Shown here piece by piece: positions 1 through 11,519 of a stretch of DNA of 64,000 bases (its first letter is position 1; every line of letters starts with the position of its first letter). Location: positions 9,858,001 to 9,922,000 of the forward strand of contig NC_135251.1 of NCBI RefSeq assembly GCF_964204865.1, in the 5' to 3' direction. The notes under the pieces were generated by a model, which ran no database searches, had not been told where the DNA came from, and saw nothing but the letters and a program-made list of their open reading frames with translations. Source of the stretch: Styela clava. Lineage: Eukaryota. A program made the position numbers and the translations under genes.

Positions 1-582
1 TTATTGAAAGTTTTTATATTTCTATAAGTCAGCGCAGCTAGGTAACTTAAGTTAAGTAGGTCATAAACTTAACATTTAACAACACTTAAGTTGACCATTT
101 TGATGACGTCACACCTTGAATATTACTGGGTAAAAGCTTCATAATGCAACGAAAGTAATTATGACAAGTCGAAAACAAGTCGGCAGTATGAGTCGTTACA
201 ATGAAATTACCTATTAATTTTACGTTCTAGTCTGGTTTACAATTAACCATACCCAACCGTGCATGGTTGATTAAATGTCCAATTTTTCAAAACATAACAG
301 TATCTAGGATGGTATGGATCATTAAAAAATATACAATACATATTCAGTATCAGACATTGGCACTGTAGGTACTGATATATTCAAACGACTTAAAATTGCC
401 CTTTTAAAATTGTATGACCTATCAAAGACTCTTTTTAACACTCACCAAGTTTAGTTGAGTTAATTTAAAGGTCATGACTAATAAAACGCCACTGTGTATA
501 TCGAAGTTTTGATCGGCAATCTTTAATAGTTATGACTGCTTTAAACAGACAAGATAAGTGTCATGTCACATAATATTTTCAG

Positions 583-3474
583 AATACTGTCCCAACAATG
601 ACAATCCGTGTCAAAATGATGGAAGCTGTGAGAATACTCCAGGGACCGATCCTTACTTTCAATGTAATTGCAAGCCTGGATATTTTAACGTCACCTGTTC
701 TAGCGATGGTGAGTAACACAACTTGTAGTTTTAAAATTATTTTTGTATTTGATTGAATATTACTTTACACACTAAAGTACGACTTACAGAAAACTAAATT
801 CGCATTTTCGCAACTCTTGGCGTTCATACATTTTCTGTTTGTTTGAATATATACGTAAATTTTTGTGAAAACTGAGTTGAAGTTGACAATTTAATTTTGT
901 ATTTCAGAATACTGTTCAAACAATCCAAATCCTTGTCAAAACAGTGGGAGCTGTGAAAATACACCAAAACATGATCCATATTTTAGATGCAACTGCGAGT
1001 CGGGATTTTACGACAATATATGTTCTAGCGATCGTAAGTATTGTAAAACGGAAGTGAATAAAATAAATATAACCTATAATTAATAATCATTATAGATATG
1101 ATTGCATGCCGGCCTTTCATGACAATAACGGGTTATAGCAATCGTTAGTGACAAACTGCATTTTGAAATCAAATAAAATTATATTCTTTTATAACATACA
1201 GTAAGTACATAATAGACAATTTGTTACACGCAATGATTTTAGATGTAATTCTCTGTGCCTACATTCGATTCCCTTCTTATCATATGCCGTGTTTGCCTTA
1301 ATCGGTATAGTAATTAAATACTACAAAAATATAACAGAGGGTATACTCTACATGCCACCATAATTATGTATTATACATTTTAAGAGACATTGAATGCAAC
1401 CCAAGTCAAAGGAACGTATAATATTGTATAATGAAATATTTTTCCTATTCCCGTGGAAAGCGTCACATGCAAAATATTGTCCAAACTGCACATATTATAG
1501 AAAAACACAAGCAAGTGTCTTTCTGTTGCATTATTAATATTTAGAATAATACAGTGATTTTGAACCTGAGCACGATCAAAACGTTTTTGGAGGTTTGGGG
1601 GTGTTCAAGGGTGTCGACGAAGATCCACATTATCAAGTCTTTCAGTTACCCAGCATATTGTTTTTTGCTATGAAAACTTTGATTCGATTTTGATCACATT
1701 TTATTGAAACATGACAACCAGGAATAGCCCTGATCGGATGACTATGTGCAGTCAATATTTCTCTCGTCCTAATTCATTTTGTTGTAACCAGTTGATCACT
1801 AAGGGGTTTGGCGGTTAATATAATTTGGGAACTCTTAAGATATAACTCCAAAAACTCACCACCGTTTTTTAATTATAATGAGTAAAGACGCATTTGCATT
1901 GTTAATAAGTTCTAGTTGCGCCACTAGTTTTTTGTAATCAAAACGTTGGGGTTAGAAGGAAGCCTGCAGAATAACTTAGGGGTTCGGCAGGTTCGTAAAG
2001 ATTAAAACCACTGGACTAATTTTCTGCTTGTTTTTTTTTAAATTCATCATTTAGTTTATAAGATTTATATTCTGATTCTACAATTCTCTATAGTGCTTCC
2101 GCGATAGGTGGGTAAGGTGAACTGAAGTATAAATTATTTATTTTATTACCAAATGTGATTGGATGTCGGTCTGCTACGGCAATACCGATTTCTGTCAAAC
2201 GTTGGTAACAGACTACATTTTGAATTGAAATTGATACACCCGAATAACTCAGAATACAAACATAACTGCAATGCATAAAAATGAATCTTAGTGAAACTAT
2301 GTTGTTATGCCTATTTTTTTTATTATTAAAATCTACTCAAAGTGGATATTTTCGTTAGCCTACCTCATAAAATTCCTTCACTGCAAAAAGTTATTATTTA
2401 CAAATTTACATCTTGTTAGTTATATGAGATGAATATCTTAGCGGTTGAGAATGTGTGAAGTTATAAAATCGGAATGATTGCACGAATAAGGTTAATGTTA
2501 TGTCGCATAACAATTTCAGAATATTGCCCCAATAATGGGAATCCGTGTCAAAATGGAGGAAGCTGTGTAAATATGCCAGAAAAAGATCCATATTATAAAT
2601 GTACTTGCATACCTGGATATTTCAACTATACCTGTTCTAGCGATGGTGAGCAACAAAATGCGTTTATATGAATTAATTTTAGTTTAATAAAGATTGCTTT
2701 GAAAACTGAGACAAAGGTATTAGCATTTAAACTCCTAGCGTTAATTATTTCCAGTCTGTCTGGATGATATATCGTTAAACTCATTTACACTCAATGTAGG
2801 ACCACAACATATTGTTCTGCTATAAATAGTGACAGGTCTTTCTTATCCATTATTATATAAATTAAAAGAATATTTCTTCATCTACAGCCAACAATTCCAA
2901 AATTAAAACTTTATTTTTATCTATATTACAATTTGCCAACGTCGAGAATATTTAATCTATATCTTTCACGATGAGAGAATACAAATCATTCCGGTTTGTT
3001 CCTTTCGATTGATATTACCTGAATATCGATTGATGACAGCTAAATAATATAACTTTTCGAGCCTTTTAATAACATTAAAATTGTCTGTTGTCAAGGTTAT
3101 TGATTCTAAGAAAAAGTTTCAAACCTCTTGCCCATCACATCCTTCTAATATGTAACTTTGTTCGATTTAAAAGTTGAAAACAACCCCAAATCGATTTTAC
3201 TTGAATGGTGGTATAATTGGTGGGTTTAGATTTGTTTAGAGGTTTATTGTGTGTCAATTCATACCCTGATCTACATAAATTACTTATTTCGCTTATAATC
3301 GCACAAATTGAATAGGTAATGCACCCACAAAGAGATCTTACTTTTTAGACTATTGCGAGCACAATGCTAATCCGTGTCTAAATGGAGGAAGGTGTATATC
3401 TACTCATGGTGTTCATCCTTATTTTGAATGCGACTGTGCGGAAGGATATTTTGGTGATTTTTGCTCCGACGACC
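583..3474 (+). repeat. EGF exon array of gene 1 (four symmetric phase-1 exons)
   Basis: YCPNNDNPCQNDGSC..., YCSNNPNPCQNSGSC..., YCPNNGNPCQNGGSC..., YCEHNANPCLNGGRC...; each exon bounded by ag/gt with EGF Cys spacing. Confidence 0.9.
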
Positions 3475-6400
3475 GTAAGTATTGTTCTAGTAATCTAGTT
3501 CAGTGTGTTAAGGAACTTGATTCTCATACGAATACTTGCAATAAATGTTACTGTTTTCATAAATAGAACCAATTAATAAGTGAAGAAAATTTTAGGGCAT
3601 TCACTGTTTTAAAAAAAGACATCGCCTTTATACCATGTGACAAACAAGGGCAAACAAAATACTCCTACATATCTTGCTAAATAAGTATTTCACATCAAAT
3701 TTCGGTATAAATATTTCAGAATTTGAAACACCAAAAATTATCAGTGCCTGTGGAGAGCCTTGCACAGACGATGGGAAAATTAATGTCACTTGGAAGCCGC
3801 ATACTGCAATTAAACACTTGTAAGTCGCACGAACTTGTATTTGGTTGAAACTGTCGTTGATGTCTAAAATAAACAAAACATTATATTTCTTATTCAATCC
3901 TCATACATTATATATTCAATTTTACAAAGTGGTACTGGTAAGTTTCATTCATCCAAATTCCAGAATACAACACAATTTTGTTTATACTTTCGAAACTTTA
4001 TCTTCGTTTCAACATATACAAAACCAACTGAGTTTGTATCCTTACATATTTAACTACTGCAGGATGTCTCAAAAATGAGTAAACACTTTTAATTTTGATT
4101 TGCTTTTCAGCTACTCATCATCATAGACCGTTCATTTTTTCAGAAAACATAGTATGGATAAGTAGTAAAATTTAGGTATTGTTTGCATTTTCCATGACAA
4201 AGAGGTAAACCCAAAAAATGAGGTGCAATATTGCTGTTTGGCACGAAGCATATATCCAGTAAGGCAAACTCAGCGCCTATTTGGAATTAATTCGGCTCAA
4301 AATGTTTTTCCTCAGAGCATCCGCACCTTGGTCTTCCTGATCTTTATGCATCAACTACATATCCAGTTTTCATAAATTTACGATGAATTGCATAAAATGT
4401 TCCTCGCGTAGAAGCCGAATTAATTCCAAAATCCCGTTAAAGAGGCGCTGAGTTTACCTTACTGATTTATATGCTCCTTGCCAAACAGCAAATTTTCACC
4501 GCATTTCTTGGTTAATCTTTTTCTCATTCTGGGGGTTGAGTAAAATTCCATAAATACTTAAATTTTACTACTTATCCATACTTTGTTGTCTGAAGAAATG
4601 AACCTTCTATGATGAGTACCTGAAAAGCAAATCCAAATTAAAATTGTATACTTACTTTTGAGACACCCTGTAAGTTGGACTAGTCATACAAAGATGCTTA
4701 ATTTATTACAGATATCAAATAACACTCTTGAATTCATTCGAAGAATGGCATAATTCTGGTGAAATTGCTCCAAGTGATATTCATGTGCAAAATTTGATCA
4801 TCGAAAATTTGTATCCAGATTCACAATACGATATTAAGGTATGAAATACAGTAGAATGCTAACAAAGTTCCATTGCTGATTACTTTGAATATATATCTTT
4901 TTAACTGACATAAAAAACATATACAGAAGAACAAGTATTTATTTGTTTTTTCAGATAACTGCTTGCCCGACAAACTGTATCGCAGAACTAAGCGATAACG
5001 CAACCGCCACCACAGGAATTGGTTTACCTGGAAAGATACTCACAGCAACAGTTTCACAAAATTACGAAACTAATTATTGTGAAGTTACTTGGACTTGGCC
5101 TGAAACCATATCAGAGGAAGATGTTGAAATGTTCCAGGTTAGCATTAGTTATTATTGATTTATGTTAAAGATAATTATGAATAGGATTTTACATTTTGAC
5201 GTCACTTTATCGAAAAAATGAGAAATAAATTACATACAAGAAATTTTTGTGCAAAATGTTTAAAATTTCTTATATATCAATCATATTTACATTCTATTTA
5301 TATAATTCCATATTACGTCCGATACTTGATGAAATATAAATTTTATATTTTTTTTGGTAAAGGTGTAAGGCGAACAGATATTTTCATTTATAATAGATGA
5401 ATTATCAGGCAACATTTGTACGAAAACCGCCCAGTTCTGACATCACAACAATACATGGGGAAGTTTCAGTTAATCCGCCCAAATTAACATATAATCTGAA
5501 GACGGAGCCAAACCGCATTTACAACTTTGATGTCTCAGCTGTTTCATGTGCTGGATCTGGTCCTAAAACAATCGCAACAGGCGAATGCATTACTGATAGT
5601 GAAGGTACGAATGAAGAATTTTAATTCCCGTAATAATAAGTTTTACTATCGATTATATATTTTTAAATTAGTACTCATAATTTGAACTAAATACTTGTTT
5701 CAACTAATTTCAAGTATATACTCCCTTATCGGTGAAATTGGTATTTGTCTCAGCTCCCGATTATATTGAAGAGCCAAATATAATTGATGAATCGCCAGGT
5801 TCAACTAGGGATCTGGAAATAATTTTACCAAATGAAGATAACGGGCCTATAAGGTAGGTGAATTTCAATCTGCTAGATCTTCAAAAATATATATTGGTCT
5901 ACTTTGTTTCATTAGTTATATATTAATAACAGTAAAACAGCAACAGGTAAAATTGGTATAGTGAAGACATATAAACACACGATAAAAACGATTCACAGAA
6001 GGGAAAAAATAGAAGTTACATAATTTATTTATTCTACGGTTATGGTAATGAAATATTTAAAAAAAAATTCAGTTGCGTATTCGTCGTTGTCAAAAATGGG
6101 CCCATTGATAACAATGATTTATTCGATATTGTTAAACTACGAAAAGTGTCATCGGAAGCATTGACAGATGAAACTCCCAATGGGAAAGAATATTTGGCTG
6201 TCGCTATGAAACGGTTTGTCTTAGAATGTGGTAGAATTACAATACATATGCTTCTACATATTTTAAATTATGATTTCCATAATGTCATGATTTAGTCCTA
6301 ATATAATTCCTTTTTAAATTTAATTCTAGAATCAATGATCAATCATGCATGTGTCTAAATCCTTAACCATCATTTGGACACAAAGTGGACCTATGAGTAG

Positions 6401-7932
6401 TTTTGATATTATATTGTTGTTGTTGTTTCTCTTGTTGTTAGCATGTTTATTTTTCGTCTGGATGGAATAATCGCTTTTCCCTTTAGCTACTGGTTTAATC
6501 AACTTTAAAATTTTCCGGGGTTAAAAATTGTTTTTGTCTCAAAGGTTATTACTTGTAATTTTCCTAAATGTTTCTGTGAGATCTGATATTTCATCCAAAA
6601 TCTACTGTTTCATTTTTAACCATGGGAACACGTTTATGTGACATTCTCACGGCTGGTACTGGTAGTCTACTGTGTTCGATTGCATACTCGCATTACAGCG
6701 TTTTGTACCTCAGGTCCATGTATTATAGCACAGCTCTCTTGTTGTTATCCAGATCTGAATTTTCTGAAACATCCATAACTGTGAAACTTGGCGATGAAAT
6801 TACCAGTGGCTGTGATGTCACAGACAAGAGCGCAAAAAATAGCATTAATCATTACGACGCAAAGAACTGGCAGCTTGTAATTGGGAATAGCTACAGGTAA
6901 TGCTATATATCTCAATGAGCATTCTGATGGCCCATAGCCCTATCAAATAACAAATGCAGATGAAGCGTACTAAAGAATAACGACATGATTCTGCATAGAG
7001 AGATAAAAATAGTTCATTCAATTTCTATTTCAGTACTTACGTTGTAACAACAAGTCCAAATGAAGAAGAAACGGTATTGTTTCAACAAAGCTCTATAGAA
7101 GAATTTGAGAATGGAAGTTCCGATTCGGGAACCGGTATCATTGACTGAACCATCACAATAAAATTTTTATAAAACCCTCTTTTATTTAGTTATTTAATCA
7201 ACTAGTTGCTTTCATGCTAAATATAAAGAAATGTAACATCTATTTTATTTTTAACAGATATGGCATGGATAGCTGGTGTTGTGGTGGGTATAGTTGCTCT
7301 AGCTACTCTAGTGGTTGGTGCAATTTTTTACACGAAACGTCGCCAACAACCTGAAAATAGAGAATCGTCGCTGACAAGTTCAAAGAGTACCTCAAAGGAT
7401 CATACCGACCTTTACGAAACTACGGGGTATCAAACAGCTGGAAATCCTGATATATCATTAGTAAAAGATACTGATATAAGTATGATAAAAATAAGTTTTG
7501 TATATATTTGTATTAACTTTGTTAAAGCAGTATGAATAAAACAACATCCCGTTTTTATGTACTTTGTGGATTTGACTATGTGGAGTTCCAAGTGTCGAAC
7601 ATTTTAGTATTTAAGCAAAGCACTATTCCACTGTATTTGTGAAAATGAATAGAAAATATTTGTCACAGATCTTAGAAATTAATTCATCACTGAACTAAAA
7701 ATAATAACCAAAAACATTTTTTCCAACTATTGCGATAGTGTAAAAGCAAACATACCCACAAAAATTTGATTTATATTTATACGCAGTTTTATGAATTCAA
7801 AATTATATTAGTTTATATATAACACATGAAAATTCATATAATTTCACAATACTTTTAAGGTAAACGCTAACAACTAAATTCATATTCATAGATCAGCAAC
7901 ATATATATTCTACAATACCTGGAGTTGGATAG
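583..7932 (+). CDS. Gene 1 (5'-partial): EGF x4 - FN3 x2 - RPTP-type juxtamembrane domain - TM - short tyrosine-motif tail; phosphatase-less paralog of gene 3
   Basis: Phase-consistent GT-AG exons: 583-708, 908-1033, 2520-2645, 3349-3474 (EGF, each 126 nt, 6 Cys); 3720-3819, 4712-4838, 4955-5137, 5397-5604 (FN3, e.g. NLYPDSQYDIK, EPNRIYNFDVSA); 5754-5853, 6073-6213, 6753-6896, 7034-7134 (NEDNGPISCVFVVV); 7258-7479 (TM WIAGVVVGIVALATLVVGAIFY then KRR); 7892-7932 (QQHIYSTIPGVG, TAG). Exon sizes match gene 2 exactly from FN3 through the TM exon. Confidence 0.88.
4060..4670. mobile_element. Palindromic MITE, Tc1/mariner-like ends
   Basis: Left end caggatgtctcaaaa, right end ttttgagacaccctg followed by ta. 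Long imperfect inverted arms (gtatggataagtagtaaaatttag vs taaattttactacttatccatac; actcagcgcct vs aggcgctgagt). Absent from the paralogous gene 2 intron 25679-25940. Confidence 0.8.
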
Positions 7933-10900
7933 GAAAGAGTTGTTTTGCAGAATCAGGATTTGGAGAATGCTTGAAGTTCTTCTGATATTTTTAATTTAGG
8001 GCCAAAACTCATATCAAACTATTACATATTTTTCGAAGTTCATTTAAACAATCTTGGTGTTAACATAAATTTGTTTGAGCAGCCAATTTTAAAATTTAGG
8101 GAAATTTTAGAAAATTAAGCAACAAAAATATTGTTAAAATGGGATTCAATTTCGAATTATAAATTCATAAAACATATTTTGGCTAAAGAACGTTGAATTT
8201 TGTTTCTTGGTTGGCATTGATTTGTGCAATGATATTTTTTCTAGTTCTTCTCATTCGCCTTATAAATTATGCACAATTACAACAAAATTCGTGGTTTTTA
8301 AAGAAGATGGTATGATTAATAAATACAATAGCCTTTGATAATTGGATATATTTTTTTGTTCAATATAGAAAAAAAGATTTTATTAACGCCCACTGATTCA
8401 AATCAATTTATGTTTTTATGTTTTTTCAATATTATAATTTCCATCCAAGTTTCTATTTTTCTAGTGAACAAAATAAAGTAACTATGCAACGGATACTTTA
8501 TTATACACTGTTTTTAAACGAAAACAGTCCAGCAATTTAAATTTCAAACATTTCTGGTTTTGCCATTCTGTTCTATAGTTGAGTTTGACGAATTGTTACA
8601 AAAAATGCCTAGAATATGCAATAAACGCCTTAATGTTATGTTGTGTTAAAAATTCGATATCGTGGTGATGCACATTCGTTAGGCTAAAGTCAAGTTCAAA
8701 AAGTATTATTTGAAATCCTATGAGAACTCTATAGAAGTGAATGAAATTCATTACAAAGTTATAATAAAAGACCCTCGTTATAGAAAGTCCAACTGCGCGA
8801 CTGTAGGCGCCGGTATGTATCGAATATTTAATATAGTGGATTACAAGTGGAATAAGTTGTGATTAATTGTAGTCTTCGTTATATAGCATTTCATTACATA
8901 AACAGGTAATTCAAACGCTGAAAGGATTTTATAAAGTCCTAATGTGAAACAATATGACAAGCAGTCAATTGATAGACTGCTAATTTCATTTTAGGATCTC
9001 CAGATTGTGCATAGGTAAACGGTAGGTTAATCGGTCATCGCGATCGTAGTTCTGCAATCTCTCGTGACACATCCTTACATTTTAATATATATTCATTTTC
9101 CATTAGGTTTTAGTAGGTTGTCATTCATGGAGATCAGTAACATCCATAATTAAAGAACTAAATACGTCCAGAAATAGCATCAGCGCTCATACTAACATTT
9201 TAAAGTGACTCGAAGCATCAAAAAGCTCATTTAAACTTGTAAAACATAGACTTCTACCAAGACAAAAGAATATTCATAGTAAGCCGGAAATACGAAACAA
9301 TTTGTTGACCAACTAAAGAGTTCACTCCGGCTATCATTTGGAAATCCCAACAAGATGTTAAACGCAATTAGGAGATTCCAATATACATATCGTATTTGTT
9401 GAAAAATTGGTACGGTATATTATTGTACAGCGCAGTACCAAGAAGGATCTTTAATCCAATAGTGGGCTCCCTTCATTTTTGCAAAAAACTGACTGCATAA
9501 TAATTGAAACGAACCAAATAATATCTTTTTATATATCCCAAACTCACTTCAACGACTCTAAGATAGTCCCAATTGAGCAAATCCTAATTTACCAAAAAAT
9601 GCGTTGTAATAAAAATATTATTGAGTTGCCAAATTTTTTTGTCCTTGCAAATATAATATAAACGCTTTAATCGGTCAGTGAAATAATGAAGCTCTTTAAA
9701 ACTGAAACTTTCATGCAATATGATTTTTATTATTACTATAATATTTATACTTTAATTTTTTGTTAAAAGGTTTGCAAACCATTTTTATAATTTATAAAAT
9801 TTTCAAATAGTATTTTGAATAACAGTACAAATTCATTTTTAGTATTATAGGCAGAATTTTCTATTTTATGGTCATTTTGAGTTCACATGCATAACAATAT
9901 CACGTTAAAACTAATTTTTCGAAGTAAAAAAATTTTTTTTTCTTAGTGGCCTACTTCTTTCCTATTACTGTAAGAGTGATGATAACACTTTCTATTTTTA
10001 TTTGGGAATGATTTCGCATTTTTGGGAATTACAAATACATTGAACTCTGTCATATTTACATTTATACCTACAACACAGACTGGTGCATAAATCAACTTAT
10101 GTATTCATTCTCAACATATTGTTCCAAAATACCTTGTACTTAACTGTGTAATTTTTCATTCTCTGATGTACCTGATGGTATACAACTGAAAGTCAAAAGT
10201 TAAATATATACTAGAGTAACTAGATCGTATTATTGTGGTGGACATTTATGCTATGATCAACATGAGATAATAATAAGGCCTCTCTTATGATTGTATTTAA
10301 ACAATTGTCAGTCATCTAAATACATACATGCGCACGATGGTGAAGAAGGACTTGAGGATTATTCATAAATATCCTATAATACTATAATTCATCGACAAAA
10401 AAGAGAATTTTAGTAGCATTTAGTAGGGTTTCGTAGAAATTTACTAAAATCTTATTGGGAGTTTTAGCACGATTTAGGTATTTTATTCATTCAAGGTTTT
10501 TATATTTTTTCATACTTTAGATATGATATTGTTTTGCATTTCTAAAGTAAGTAGGTATATATATATATATTGATCGAATGAGTTAATTTGGTATTACTAT
10601 AACAAACAAAAAATTTCAATTTATAAAATGTCACGAACAACAAATTGCGATTTAGTGTTCACCAATGAGTTTTGTATTGCTAACGATAGAGATATACACG
10701 CCATGAATTTACACAGAAAACCTTGAGCAAATAAATATTATTTACCGATCGAAGTGTTTCACTTAGCAATAAAATCGCGGAACCTTTCATTCGCTATTGT
10801 ATCAGACAGTATGAGTCCAGTATAAACGTTGAACATCGCCAGTAACGTTAGACTGTTGTATATTGAAAGATCAGTATTTCAAATTTCTGGAGATTTAAGG

Positions 10901-11519
10901 AATTGGATTTTAACTTATATTGTTATCTTCGTCTGCGTTAAATCAGCTGAAAGTTTCACAACAAACATGATTAGAGATGCAATAAATTCCACGACGCTCT
11001 GTTAACCAAACCTAATGTTAATACATGGAGGTATTTGTACTTTTTTGAAACAATGCATCACGAGGTATTTGAAAGCATCTATGTAAAGTGAATCGCTTGG
11101 TAATAATATGGATGTAATTTTGCGAGTGAAAGTTAGTTTAATATTACCAATATAGATAATATTATTTAATAGAAAATAAAATTTTGAGAAGCTAATTAAT
11201 CTATTCATACAAAGCATAGTATGGATTTAGTGGTATATTCATTCTAGCATATGGTAGAAAATATCTATTTTCAATTGCCATGGTATCTCGCTGCTTAATT
11301 TCTAGCATAATATCTGGCTCACAGGATTCTTCAACAATCAGTAAACGTTTAAAATATGCATTTTTATGCTTAAAATATACAAATGAATAGTCAGATATGA
11401 AAGAAATAATGACATCATAAAAGATTAAGGAAATGCCATAGAAAGTATTGATTCAATCGAAAATGTAAAAGAGTATTTACAATTCTTCTAGTATATATCT
11501 GACTAAAGTTTATGATTAT

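Noticed and set aside
11002-11217. 71-aa minus-strand ORF repeated at 33156-33371
   Set aside because: Its conservation is explained by the near-identical duplicated upstream block; no recognisable domain or splice context.
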